Position numbers and translations under genes: made by a program. The notes under the pieces were generated by a model. It saw nothing but the letters and a program-made list of their open reading frames with translations, was not told the origin of the DNA and did no database searches. Positions 1-15,400 of a stretch of DNA of 64,000 nt are shown here, piece after piece. Where the stretch lies: the NCBI GenBank assembly GCA_024704765.1, contig JAKMXF010000334.1, positions 186,001 through 250,000 on the forward strand, in the 5' to 3' direction. Position 1 is the first letter of the stretch. The number at the start of each line of letters is the position of its first letter. This DNA comes from Oopsacas minuta (Eukaryota; Animalia; Porifera).

Positions 1-426
1 ATTCCTAATTCAGTTAAAGCTTTTGATGATAGCAATAATTAAACTTTTGGGTCACAGGTTGATGAGGTCACTTGACCAGAAACAGAATCATTTAAATATT
101 GTCATATTTGTTCCAGTATTCTGGTCAACACCTTATTTCCATTCAATCAGATTAAATGGCTAGTGATGGCCAATAGCTTACTTTAATATTATTACACATC
201 TAACTAATACAACCTACAAATCTGTATGGTGCACGATGTATGTTTGTATATTCGAAATTGATTGAAAAACTGGCAGCCCCAGGGCTGATTATTGGAATAC
301 ATATAAGGATATTGTGGCCTAGCCAGGGCTCCGAGTTTGTGCGAGAATCACACTTGTAACGAAATTATGACTTATTTGTTTTTTATTTCGAATTCTATTT
401 TAATTCATTTACGAATTTGTTTGTAG

Positions 427-3400
427 GATAAAGGCAAACTTAAGCTAGAGCCTGACAGAGTCCTGTTCAAATATAGCAGGACAGGTAAGGTAGACAGTAT
501 AGCTGCTAGTGAGATTAAGCAGTCTAACTGGATGAAGGTAGCTAAGGGCTATGAAGTGAAGTTTATGCTGGAGTCTGGAGATGTACACAAGTTTGATGGA
601 TTTAACGAGTCTGTTAGTATTCTAATTTATGCGTGTTTTATGTGCCTCAGAGTTATTCAGGCAAATACGGCGCTCTGGCAGGCACATATAGTTCAGTAAA
701 GTCTAATATTTCAGCTATTACATACAGTAGAACTCGGATAAGACGTACACCTTCGTGAAACGGAAATTTATACAATGGAACCCTCGTTAATACGAATACC
801 AACGGACGGGTGTTCGCTTTATCCAGAATTCGTGTTAACCGGAGTAATACCAATTAAATAACTATTGTAAGGACCTGATTATGTGTTCGTCTTATCCGGA
901 AATTCGTATTAACCATCTTCGTATTAACGTTGTTCTACTGTGCTTTATCCGAATAAGGATTGTATTAACTGATTAAGAACTGAATTTTGGGTTTAAAAGA
1001 AGTACTGCAGTACGTATTAATCGAGTCACACATTCGATTATTAACTAACATTTATTGCTGCACTTATCTGCATCTCTGTGAGTTTGAGAAATATCTCTTA
1101 AATATTAGAAAGGTTTATAGATTTTCACATTCCTCAAAACTTGACATATTTTAGTTCCTCAATCAACTTGGCCAAATACAAAATACATCGAGTTTGAGTT
1201 TTTAAGATTTATTAATTCACTCCCCAGGATTACCCGAACTTATCTGAGTTTATCAGACACAATTACAACTTAGATTTGGAAGAAGTACCTCTCAATGTGA
1301 AAGGATGGAACTGGGGAAAAGTTAATATCACAGGTTTGTAATAACTGAGGCTAATAATCGAATATATATATATATATATATACGTATAAAGAACTATTTG
1401 AACTTTTTAACCTGTCCCAGAATTATCTAAATATTTCAGCATTTAGAATTTGAGGGCGAAAAATCTCACAAAATCTTGAATTATTATCATACGTTTTGTT
1501 GAAGGTTTAATACTTAAGAACGAATGCTCTAATGTTCGTTCGTTATGCATACGATTATTATTATTCGTTTCAGTCCTAGATTTTACCTTTTTTCATGCTT
1601 ACTTTGGATTTATACAATGTCGATATATTTCGCCTATTTTGCTGTGTATTTTTCGATCAGAGAACAAACAAGTTTTGACTGTAATTCTAAGATTGAGACG
1701 AGTTAATTATTAGTAATTATGGTCGCCGATATATAGGTAATAGAAATCCAGTGGAGTTTGTTTATTTGCAACTTGGGATTCGGTTCTCAAACAGTTGCTA
1801 ATATAGAAATATTGCTATTAATTAAGCGAGTTGCAAATCAGGAAACCCTCTGTACAATAGTCAACTTCATGTAAATAGCTTTTTCACTATATTTCTTAGG
1901 ATCACTTCTTGATTTCTCTGTTGAAGATAAAACTGCATTTGAGATACCACTCAGTCAAGTTAACAAGAGTACTCACACTAAGAATGAAATTACTTTAGAG
2001 TTCCATCAATCAGAAGAAGCTCCTGTCTGTCTCGTAGAGATGAGATTCCATATTCCTACTAACCCAGATAATGAGGAAGATACGGTTAAAGTACGTTACA
2101 CTACTGTTAATTGGAATACTAGTTCTCTGTGTAATGATAATATAATAAAGAATCAGATGATGAAATTTACAATGTCCATAATGCATTTTACTATTCTGTG
2201 TACAGTAGACTCGGATTTGGTAAGACGTATACTCGTTTAATTCGTAGTCACTTTTCAAACTCAAATATTTGTTCCTATTCACTTTGCTACAATTCTTATT
2301 CGGATAATCGTACACTCGTATACTACTAATATTTGTTTCACTAAGTAGTACGCTTATCTGAGTTATTATTCAAAAGAAAGCCATTCATTGTATTATTAAG
2401 ACGTTTATTGGTGTCCCAGTTTCCTATCCTGTTAATGATGAAGTAGATACTTCATTTGTACCTCTTATATTTGTATACAGACACGAAACTCCCATTATCA
2501 CAAAGTGATTATTTACTCCCTATAACTTATAACTCTATTCATAATATTTGATGTAATCCGTAACGAACACTATAATTATTAGATAGTAACAAAACTCTTT
2601 GTCCGTCTAGACCTCTTAGCTCTCCTCAGATTAACAGCTGTCCCTGCCTTACCCAGATGTATACTACTATGTCCTTTGTTACCCACAGCTCCAACAGTAG
2701 CCTTACAATCCTTATTGAACTCTCTCGTCTTTCCACTAGGCAGCTTTACTGTTACTATATCATCTTTCCGTTTTATGACTTTACAACAGACACCAGCACC
2801 TCGCCCTATCTTACCCCCGCCCCCCGGTGTAACTTCCAGGTTAAATATATCTATTCCGTCTGGTATGCTGCTAAGAGGATAGGTGTTACCGGGACGGGGG
2901 TCAAATTTTCTGACGTCAATCACTCCTTCTTCGGATGTATAAATAGGCGTATCTCCGACCTAATTAATAGAATATACTATATTAATCGGTTTATTGTGTG
3001 AGTACGTCAACACAGAAATTTTATAATTGGGATTACTTATATGTCCACGGCCGATATTATCCGCGAGATTTTTCATATTAAAAACCCTATCCCCTCAGAA
3101 TATATGTGACTTATAACTAATCCAGGGAAATGACCTTTCCCAATATTGAAAATCCATAGAAAAATCTCGCCGCCATATAAGGAAATTATTTCAGATTTCT
3201 ATTAAGTATTTAGAAATTGAAATCTTGAATTCCCTATGCACTGCTAAAATCTTGCTTTTCATGAAAACTCCAAACCGACAAATACTTGAGTTATCACTTA
3301 TCTGCTTTCTTAATTGTTCCGAAATTATGGAAAATACATGTACCATGTAGTACTAAATTATCCCATAAGTTATTCTTACCCTCACATTGTATTTGTTGAA

Positions 3401-6400
3401 AATTTGTCAATTTACATTTCTCCATATACAGCTGAATCGGTTTTTCTAATTTCCTTCATTTAGATTTTAGAGGTTAGAAATTGCAAAATTATCCAAAACA
3501 ATTATATTTAATTACTTTCATTTCTTCATTTGCCATAATCTGAAAAGTCTCTCTCCCTCTGGCTACTAATGCTACATAACCAGATCTCTTCACTGATTTC
3601 ATAAACTTTATGATTCTCACTCTAGGAACTTCTTCTAATGTCTCATCGTGTGGTGGAAATTCTCCAGTGGAAACCTGGAATAAATTTACAAAAATAATAT
3701 AGAATCATGTCCATGGTCCAGGGCTATATAATGTCGAATATAGTAACCATATTTATTGGAAAATATCAATTTGAAATTCTCGACTGTTTCCAGGAATATC
3801 GGTTTAAATAATTATATAATTTCCCGATTCTAAATTGTGGTGCAGATGTTAATACAAGGAACTTTTGTGGAAGGGACTTGCTCAGAGCTTGTAACCGATA
3901 ACCTGTACTTTACGTTTCGGACCCCTGCTTTGTTCAACACTGCCTTATGGATTCGTTAATTGAAGGCAGCTGGTATAAATCTCATTATACGTATGTAAAT
4001 AATTGATTTTCATAGTAAAGATGATAGAAAAGTACTAACATCAAACTATCAGTATTATAATTATATAAATGTAAAGCGATCTGTACTTTATAAATATGCT
4101 ATAGCTGTGAGAAGTTTGAATTAGGTAATATACTTCTTTCTCATCCCGCCCGTCACCGCCTTCCGTATATATTTTATTTATATTTTAACAAATGGAAGAA
4201 TAATTCTTAGATAAAGATTTCAAACAACAGATTTACATACATACTTACCTTTCTAACATAATGCGTATTATATATCTGTAGATTAGATGGTATCATAATA
4301 AGAGGTCTGATTGTATTAGATTGCAATAACATAGTAGTACCTCTGAGTAGAGATAGCATGTTAGCTAATTAATTTATAAATGTTAATACTAAAATAAAAT
4401 TATAGAATACTCCGTTTTTTTGGGATACGTCTATATTATGCGGATTAATATGGCTGTGGGATGGGTCAGACAAGTTCCCGATTATCTGGTATTGACTGTG
4501 AAGTTTATTATTACTTTAATCCCTATTTCTTAGAGTTTGAATGAGAAGATTCTCGCTAGAGCAGATGTATTACAAGCTACTGTAGATGCTTATGCTATTT
4601 TTGATGAAGTACCATGTCTCACTCCTAGGTAAATTAATTCATGCAATGTTCATAACAAAACGTAATTACATTCAAATAATAATTATCAAAAAGGGGATTA
4701 TACTATACTAGAGAATTGTACAGTCGACAACCGTATATTCGGACATATTTTTTCTCCGCGTGACAGTTTGAATTAACTGTTGTCTTGTTTACAACTAACA
4801 TTAGCAGCAGACTAGGAATTAGAAACAGAATTCTTATATACTATATATGTACCCAGCCCACGGGTAGGACTTGCGCTCTCCGTAGCTTGGTTACAATTCG
4901 ATTGAGCTTATACAAAATACTAGGATGTTGGACATGTGAGTACACTCAATTTTAGTAACTTATATCTGAACCTTAGCTCCTCATAACTAAATTTCCATAT
5001 AAGGAAATTTATCGAACTTGGAGGTGAGTTTCATATCTTAGGTAATTTTTCTAATTCGTAGAATTACATATTCAAATTTGACATAAATTAGTAATAAATA
5101 ATGTTTGAATACATCTGGTTAAAAGCTAAAATAAGAAAGATAGTAAGCTACAATATACTAATAAACTCATGCAAATCCTCTCAATAGCATCAACTGTGTG
5201 GAAGCTTCAGGAGACATCACCATTACTCCTCCATTAGTAACACATAAATCCGTCATACGAATACGAGTCAATCCCTTCAAATGCAATCTCTCCACCAATC
5301 CGTGCCCCGGCTTGAGTATGCATATAGCACTGCCTGCTGCTCCTACACATTTTGTATGAGAAGAAGTGTGAATGAGAATGTCACCTGTTGGGGTGAGATT
5401 CATGGATTTTATTGGATGTGGTAGTTCCCCTATTGCCATTTCACATAGAATTTCTCCACTCAGACTCAATACGAATAGTTTATTTACTTGAGAGCTAATT
5501 GTGTAGATACAGTCATTACCGTCAACAGCCAGGGATTTAGGTGAGGGTAGCAACGTATGTGGTTGATAGGAATGTTCCGCAAGTGCGACAGCAGTTGAGA
5601 GATCTTGTTGACAGAGTAGCAGACAATGTCTTGCTGTGTTTGCTATCACCAGCTGGTCTAGAGAAGTGTGTCCAATACCAAATGGATCAGATAATAGCTG
5701 TGATCCTATATGGGAGAGGGAGTGTTCGAGTTGTCCGTTCTTAAAGAATACTTTAAGAGTACCATCGTGTCTGCTAGTAACGTAGAACTTATCCTTGTGT
5801 GTATAGAATTGGTTGATGGGGGAGAGACGGATAGATCTATGCAGTGCTACAGTATGCAGTAATTCACCTTCGTGAGATATCAAGTGGATCAGTTTGCTCT
5901 TAGAATCGAGAAGATAGAAGTTGTTGTCAGTGCCAGGAGTTAATCGTATCTGCTCAGATATATCTCCAAAACCTATTTTACTGATTGAGCCGCTAGCTAG
6001 CACAGACTGTGATCTACGTATACAACCTACTATAGGTAATTCTGCTATAAAATGTGGGTCAATTTGAAATGCTATTTCTGCAGCTTGTCTAGTCAGAGAT
6101 CTCTTCTGATTATTCATGTGAATAGATTGATAGACATCTATTTCTTTTGATATATCTACATCATCATTATCTCCTTCCTAGAAATTACATTTATAAACTA
6201 CCTACTTTGAACCTTGCTAGTTTGTGCTGTACCTTAGATATCGATATTCCGAACTGAAACCTGAGATCGCTGTTCGGATTAGCAATGGTCTATTAAGCTA
6301 TTGTGTATACGTATATGTAAAATGTCCAAATCAAGGATTACGTACGTTTATAGTGTAATGTATTAATAACCACAAACTGGACTAGACAGTCGAACAGACT

Positions 6401-9400
6401 TTGTTTAGACTTTAGATGGCTATTATGCAGGGTTGCCGTGTGAATGGGATTCAGGTTTTTCTATGGGAAATACTGTAAGAATTTGAATTTCCGTTTCTGC
6501 GTTGCATTTTAGCGGGCAACGCTGCTGTTATGTTAATGTACAGGTGGCCGATAGCTAGATAGAGTAAGTTCTGACAAGTTCTAATGTAGTTATTTGACAA
6601 TTTACACTTCCTCAGACATTGCATCAGGATTATTTTGTAAAATTTTGGAATATCAATTCTAACTCCTCTATAAATGACTACCTGTATCAATTCTTGTAAT
6701 CTAGTGACGTCATTATTGATAGCTGTCTCAATGAAAGCTAGTTGCGATTCGATTTCTTCACTTATCTGAGTAAGAGTATTTAATAGAGAAGTCCTCCTGT
6801 CTTTTAGTGAACGAATCAAACTGTCAAATGTCTCTGTCACATTAATCTTTACACGTCTGTGTTGTTTGGTAGCTCTTAGCTTTAGTTTCTGGATATAGTT
6901 TTGTTCATTGAGCAACTCAGTGAGTAATTCTCCATTCTTGTCCGTTGACATTGTATTCTAAGAATTCGATTGTAAGATTTGCTAATGCGTAAAGTTGACA
7001 ATCATACACTGTTCGAACGAATAATTCATATATATTCTCTATATTATGAACATAGTTTGTAGTATGAATTGTTTGAAACTTTGAATAGTGTCATTTCTTT
7101 CAATATACGACAACTGTTGTTGTTGACATGTTATGCCTCAACACCTTTTTAATAAATAAAGTATTCTAATCTCTATTAACTATGGTAAGAGACAGTATTA
7201 TCATTTTTTTGTTGTTTCGTTACAACTACTTAACACAAATTTGTAACGGATATTAGGCAAAATTAACATAAAGAAATAAGTCATAATAAGGTGATTCTTT
7301 GAAGTATTGGAGGTTTTGTAGTAGTTTGAAATTTATTGTTTTGCAATTGCTTAAAAGGAATAATTCACGAAAAATAATTTTGGTTTATTAAAAACTCCAT
7401 GACAATTTGACGATTTTATTGTGCTAGCTTGTAATAGTTCCTCTATAATTGCAAATGGCCTTCAATCAATGAATATTCGTGCACAATACCACTGCTAATA
7501 TGCAAACTTCACTGTGGTTGATGTTTTCTTATTCCCTAAATATCAGCATTTACTATGGTTGATGTTTTCTTATTCCCTAAATATCAGCATTTACTATTTG
7601 GTGATTATCTTATAAAGATATAATTATATTTACAATTTATATATCTTTTTAATACTCTTCCATTTTGCCATATAAAGTCATATACTTGCTTATCATATCC
7701 GCTTGGGCAAATATTTGATGTATTATTATCGTTATAAAATAGATATTTGTAGATGACAAATGGCTCAACAGAGTTGCACAAGGACCGAAATTTGTAGCCG
7801 CGGCCCGCAATTTTAACAAATCCTGCCCACAGCCCCAAGAGGCCTACAAAAAACCAGTACAATTTGTATTGCCTCAATATTATTATCCATATATTGTACA
7901 TATTGACATGCCAATATGTGTGTTACTCGATTAATTCAATAAATTTAGAGAATGAATTGGGTCTAGCAGACTCCAGCTCGATAAGCAGAAGTAATGCGGG
8001 CTTTTGGGCAACCCGCGCCCACGTGCAGCTCTTGGGCTTAACTTGCATTATGCAGAGATTCATCCTTGCCTCCTCGATCTTGGATTTCTAGTTACGTCCC
8101 AGAGTAGGGCATTTCTCTATTTTAGCTGCATCAGAATATGCTATAAATTTAATATCAACTGTAAAATATTGGATAAATGAACTAGAAACTTGCAATGAGT
8201 AGTCAGGATTATAAGATACAACAAAAGTATTTCCTAATTTAGAGATGCCAATACATACCATATTGGCGAAGGAACTCTCCTCTCTTCTCTCCCTTACTTC
8301 CTATGGAGCGTATGAATTCTCCTGATTATGTGAATATCTTGATAGAGTAGTGGTTATAGTCACTTATGATAATATTACCAGCTAGGTCTAAACAGAAGAA
8401 GCCTGGACAACATAGCAAACTATTTTGTTCCTCTCCCAGAGAGAACAATAACTGAGATAGTCTCCATTTCTAGAAAATAAATGTGCACATTTAGAACTCC
8501 AGTCTAGCACCACTACACAATCTTGAGTAAGCTTAACATCATGAGGATGGTACAGCTGTTTAGTACCTAAGTTTGATTTGTACTGTAGAAGTGTAGAGAA
8601 GATGGAAACTCTGTGCTTGGCGCTATTCGCTACAAACACATCTCCATTTGTGTCTATACATAATCCATTAGGTGAGATTAACTGTTGTTCTTCTTCACAG
8701 TCTGTGTTATGAGTTCTGTTCCGAAGATAAAGTTTGTTTTCACAAAACTGAACACAGAGTTTTGTCTTCTGTCAGTTATGAAGATATATTCTTTGGTTAC
8801 TACTATCCCATATGGTCTCTTCAGGATATCTTGCCCGAAACTTGAAAGGAATTCTCCTTCAAATATCATAACTTGTACTCGGCCTATTCCAATAATCTGC
8901 TATGTATATTCTATCATTATCCTCATTAAGAAATAGACCGTAAGCATCAAGTTCATTCTTACCTTGCCTTCCTACCAGCTGTGAGAATAGGTACTTTATT
9001 CTGTGAATAGTCTGGTACCTTCCAGTCTAGTACCTCTCCAAATTCTGATATAGCTGATTTGAGTGTTTGTGGTGTGAGACATTGGAAGACAAGATGTTGG
9101 AGTTTTGTAGGGGCTTCCAGATCATGGATACCCTGAAGATACAACTGAGTAGCTTGTTTATGAATTGGAATGTTTGTATTTACTTTCAAATCTATTTCAT
9201 ACAATTGTTTCTTGGTTCTTTCAAGCCCTTGGTAGTGTAGTCCTCTCTGAGCTGAGACAGTTGGTGGAGGAGAGCATCCCTCCTCTCGATCAGCTGGGTA
9301 ATGAGAGGATTGAATACTTTTGGATTCTTGTAGCGACAGCATCGAATTGTGCCATCTTGTTGAGTCGTGGTCACATCAGTTGCCATTTCTGCGATTTGTA

Positions 9401-12400
9401 AAGTTTTATTCGAATGACATACATAATTCATCAAACTCTATCTTATACTTGTGCAACTTAAACATACCATGATACCTCAATGGTTGTTATGGAAATATTA
9501 TTTGGATAAAACGTAGGAGATATTTGGTAGTAATTATTTATTACTCATATTAAATTATTTATATTAATTTCGGGAATTCATGAATGTTTTCTGGCAAGAC
9601 TTTAAAGGGAAATCTCATTCAAATGTATCATGGTTTCACTTTAGTGTGAATTTGTTAGGTGGTTTTCTATAATTCTGAATTGAATTAAATTATTTATTAT
9701 ACAAGCACATGCTTCTATAATTATCACATTCCACACCCATGCCAAACTGGATTACTAATTTACACATATCTATATTTTGCTCTCTACTCAATATCCCTAC
9801 AATTCATTAGTAGAAAATCATGGATGGGAAGCAAGTAATATACTTTACATGACCTTATTTTTCTGTATTATTTAGGGGTAAATACACAGTAAAAGCTTAT
9901 CCAACCTTCTTCCAGTTACACGGCCAAACATTCAACTTCCCAATCCCATACAAAACAATTATACGATTATTCCTACTGGAGCATCCAGATGGCATTCATA
10001 TGTTCATTGTAAAGTGTCTGGATCCGCCTATAAGACATGGACAGACACGCTACAACTTTGTAATACAGAAATACACAAAAGAAGATATGTGTGAAATTAC
10101 ACTACATATATCACAGGAAGATTTAGAAACTAAATTTCAAGATAGGTAAGTTTGTTTGCTACAGCAATTGCAGACAAATTATAATGTTATGGAGAGACTG
10201 TATCTTTAATCATAAATCTTATATAATTTGATGAGAAATGAACTATTCCGAAAATTTCAAGCCACTACTATACTTGTTGCCACAGCATTTCTGATCAAAT
10301 TTCTACATTGAATTTCTGAAAAATAATCCTACTTGATTTCTGATCAAAATATTCAATCTCGTCCAACATACGTTAATTACCTTTTGACGAATAATATAAC
10401 TTTACATAGAGAGATCGAGGGAAATTGACGTGACGTAATTAGAAATATTTCTGAGATTTCCTAACCGGCAATATTTATTGCTAGGCGCCCCACACAGTAA
10501 TTTAATTTCTTACTACAACCACAGGGATTCTGGTTAGGAATTTCTTTTTGTACCTAAATTCGAAAATTTGGACCTCGAATGTTTCATTGATATAGCGGTT
10601 CCCAACCATTTTCACCCGTGGACCTCTATACAAATTATAACCCATTCTGTGGACCCCTGCTATCGTCAGTGGACCACTAAGGGGTTCATGGACCTCAAGT
10701 TTGAACCGCCGCATTAGTAGAATGGATTTGTTTTCGACTTAGCAGATTTCAACTACGTACGTATACTACAATACATCTTGAATACATTGTTACTCCTCCA
10801 AATGTAACTGCAGTAGACCTCGGATAAGACTTACCTCTTCGGGAAATATAAATTAATATATAACGTTCTGTCCAAGTCTACGTCTTAGAAAAAGAAGTAG
10901 TACTCATTAAGTGAATGTGTGTCTTAGCCGAGTTCTACTGCACCGACTATACTTTAGTATAAAGCTCAGTATTGATCTTATAGACTTTCTCGTACTATGA
11001 CTGGACCAACTTACGAAGTATACGCTCGAATCCTTAAGGAATTGGTAGGTAGGAAGATAACGATATCAAAGAACTATAAAACAAGGAATGGTGCTCATGC
11101 AATTAGCTGTGCTCTAAGAGCTAACCCAGGACTCTTGTATCCTCTAGAGAAAGCTTTTCTCTTTATACATAAACCGCCTGTGCTAGTTAGATTCGATGAA
11201 GTAGCCTGCGTTAATTTTGCACGAGTATTAGGAGGTAGCACTATCAAATCTTTTGATTTCGAAGTTGAAAATAGAAACGGGACTTCTTATACATTCAGTA
11301 ATATAGCCAGGTAATTCATTTTCATATCTACTACAGTGGAACCTGTATAACCCGGAAGACCTGATAATCCGACACGATTTTAATGTCCAAACGAGTGTCG
11401 GTTAATGCAGGTTCCATTGTTTATAAGATTATTAGAATATGGGTGATCGAGTTTTATTATTTAATTGTTTAGAGAAGATTATCCAAGTCTATCCGAGTTT
11501 GTTACTCAGAAGAAACTTGCTGTTAAGAATAAAGGACAGAGAGTAAGTATTCCATCTACAGTTACTATATTTCATTCAATGGCATCCCATTGATCCAATG
11601 TAAATCCTCACTCCAACAATTAGATGAGTGCCTCTAAATGACCTGATTCAACACATGTCTAGAACGAAATGTCGATTATGCGAATACATGCAAATACAAA
11701 ATGGAGCAATCATGGAAACTGAGTGACTAGTAATAAGATTCTATTATCAGTATCTAGGTGTATACGCAATAGTTCCAAATACTGTTCCAACTCCTCGCTG
11801 ATACTTTGAATTGTCTAATACTACTTTATCAACATTTTGCACAGAAATAGGATATACGTATAGTTAATTGCTGTACTGACTGTAGAATATCAGAGATACG
11901 ATTAATGAAGGAATGGATGACAGTGATAATGAGCCTGATCATTACTTAGAACAAATGAAGTTGGAAGGAGAAATGAAAGATTCTGAAGATGGTATATTAT
12001 TGTTAATAACATTCATATGATATTATCGCTATTCCGTAACAGGAATATAAATACAATGGAACCTCGTTAATACGAATTTCTGGATATTACGAACGAATAT
12101 TTTGACAAAATCAGGTCGCTATGATGGTTATCCGGTTGGAATTACTCCGGTTAAAGCTAACAAATTTTGACCTTATTAACGAGGTTCCACTGTACTATCA
12201 TACTAATATATATATAATTATGTAGCCATGTAGGTATAGTAGCATCTAAATGTAATTGTTGTAATTATGTTGTATGCAACAAATAACATACAATGAAACA
12301 TGCATAAAACCACACTTGTATAATCTGGATAATCCTACAGTGTTTCTGATCTGAAATAGCTTTCGACAATACAATTTCACCTGCATAATTCCACAATTTG

Positions 12401-15400
12401 ATGGGAAATGTCAAAATGTTCATTTCCCAACGAGTGTCGCTATATGTAGGTTCCACACGGAGCAGAATGTTGCGTAAATAATATTTATGTGGGAAATTGT
12501 CATGTCAGAGGAGATAGACCACGTACTATATCCATGCAATAAAGTTGCATAGAATAACCGACAATCTAAGTTTGTATCGTGCGTAGTGGGGTTAAGAGAT
12601 CATGATGCTTCTATTCTAGAGATATTCATCTAATAATACGTCTTACAATCCACCCTTTTGTGAATATGTATTGAAATAACGTTTGTAAACATTGCTGAAT
12701 TACATATTTCATGCAAGGTTTTGCTTTAGGTTGAACTAACTAGTAAATACCTCAGTAGTCTTGCTATAGTATATTCAGCATTACCTTTTCCAGAGGGTAT
12801 CTACCTGTCTGATCCTCTATTCTGCTATATTTTATTGTGTTCATTTCTCTAAGTCCGTACTCACAGGATAGTGATCCTGTTGAAAGACGTTTCCATAAAT
12901 ATAATCATGGATTACTTTTTAAGTTGTCATGAACTATTCTCAGAATTCCACAATTCATCGGCACCAAAATATCTGTGTTCTAAAAACTCACGGTTCTAAT
13001 TGTAAATTTTTTAATCTTAGGCACCTATCGATGGTTGTCGCCAGGTTCCCCAGTCCGGCGAATAGTTGGGAATGTATGGATGAATTGATAAGAATTTCCC
13101 CAAGTGTGGGGGCATTTGACATCTAGACTAATAACTTTACATAATTAAAGATCTTTTTGTTCCTAGTTAGCCACAAGCAGGGTTTCATACAGGTCTCAGG
13201 ACCATCCGTTTAGGAATGGATTCTATTTTATGCGCCTGTAGGCGCGCCACATACACCTAGATAATACCCTGGCCACAAGGATACCCTACATATAAAGATA
13301 TGGAGATTTTACATTTGAAATGCCCCAGGGGTAGTAAATTTGAAAAATCCTCGTATCAAATCCCCACCTGTGACCCATATAAGCCCGGACTTGGGGAGGT
13401 GGTAACAACCTTTGATAGTTGCATTAACAGTACATTTTGGTGCAGAGATACCAACTTTCACGAATGGTGAAACGCTTTGTTAGCATCTATTTGACCAACA
13501 TGCTCATGCCATAATCATGCCAGAAATTCAATGATATTTCAAAACTCATAAAGTAAAATGAATTAATACAAACATACCAATAACATAGCATACAGGTAAA
13601 CCTAAATATGACATACTTCCCAGATGCGGCACAAGCAGTTACTCAGATGCGGAATCTCGGAGGTTTACATGTATGACAAGTCTAAGTCAAAAATCAAAAT
13701 TTTATGGAATAATGATCATCCATTTTGTATGCGTCTACTGATTAAGTTATGGGCCTCAGTCTTCATACTAATCTGTTAAGCTAGCCCTTCGAATACGAAT
13801 ACCATTTACCGAATACTAATCCAATATATTGATTAAATTTGATTGTCAACTTTAAACTTTGAGTCGTAAGTTTTAGTATTTTCAATAATAAATATCCAAT
13901 GTTAATCCAAATTTATTCTACTTTAGAAGATTCAAGTTACGCAGCAGAATCTGAGAAAGATGATGATTTAGAGTGAGTGAAATTATCTATACTATCTATA
14001 CAACTTGTAATATTCTTTGCTCTATTCCAAGGTTGAAACCGATCCAACTGAATATCAGTATTCATGAATACCTGTCAAGCCGAATACAAATACTGATACT
14101 ATTTGGTTCTCTAACCGAATATGAATACTGATACTATTTGGTTCTCTAACCGAATATGAATACTGATACTATTTGGTTCTCTAACCGAATATGAATACTG
14201 ATACTATTCGGTTCTCTAAGTCATGACATTATTTTAACTATGTCCTAGATTATTATTAATTGCGTATTGCCGTATAGATTTGACTCACAAGCATCAATAT
14301 CAGATTCTGAAAATGAAGCAAACGCGAATACAGAAGAGCAGAGAGCTGAACCAAAACCTAAAAAGATAGAAAGATCGAGGAAAGAGAGCAAAAGCAACAG
14401 CAAATCCAAGAAGAAAGAAAAAACAGAGAAATCTTCTAAAGTAAGTTTAGTTTTCTACACAACTGTATGTATATTTGTTTCATTGAAATCATGGTTATAA
14501 TAGTATATATATTGTCACTAATGTGCTGGATTGTTCCTCTAAATTCCCCCGCTGATGAGGTTGGTTTTAATACAAATCATAGTTTCAAATAGTCTCCTGA
14601 TGATGCAGTCGAATCTGGTTAGGTACTAAAGTTCCAGAGTGGGCACTTGTCTACCCAAAATTTATCATTAGTATAGACAATAGAGTGTAGTCTATGACTA
14701 AATAATATCAGTATATTAATTCATAGAAAGCTCTGAAAAAGAGATTTCCCTCACACACAATAAATACGCGAACAATAATTAATATAATGAAATAAAGTCA
14801 GTCAGCAGTGACCTGTAGTTGGAATTAGAATAAGTTGATCCAAATGCTTCTTAGTTCCTTGTAGACCACTACTACCTTTGAGATCCTCAAAGAATAACTC
14901 AATTATTTCCTCTGTTACGTGTGGACACACTACTATGTGATACATATGTCCAAGATGAATATCGCTATGACAAGCAAACAATCCTTTTTAATTATTCCTT
15001 CTGTTAGTGTAGGAATACTAACTATCAGAGAAGCTAGGTAAATAACGTCTCAATATCCATAAATCCTTTCTTGACGACGAAAAAGAGACAAACAATTGAG
15101 ATTTAATAATATAGATTTCAAGGTTTCCATATTTTTTAATTAGATGGTGTTTCCGGGGTGGGACCAAATTTCCAATTTCCGTGGACATCACGTATAATAT
15201 GTTGTATCAGTCCCTGCTGTATTAATATTATTCAGATTACTAATTATTTATTAAACACACACAGAGTTAATTATACGAAATTAAATAGCAAATAAATATT
15301 CATATTTGCTATGTACACACACAAAATTATGCAAGCGATTGAACTAGCACGTATATCATTACTGTTCCCTTCTTACAGAATGGATCTCTTATGACAGAAG

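Noticed and set aside
2579-2923. Bacterial rplB contaminant or recent HGT
   Set aside because: Joined to an upstream exon by a GT-AG intron and has the mitochondrial-type short C-terminus.
4866-4915. tRNA-like A-box (CCGTAGCTTGGTT); also a GGTTCAATC near 35085
   Set aside because: No cloverleaf or correctly spaced B-box; no tRNA, rRNA or snRNA gene could be supported anywhere in the window.
14089-14219. 35-bp repeat as a CRISPR array
   Set aside because: Units are head-to-tail with no unique spacers.
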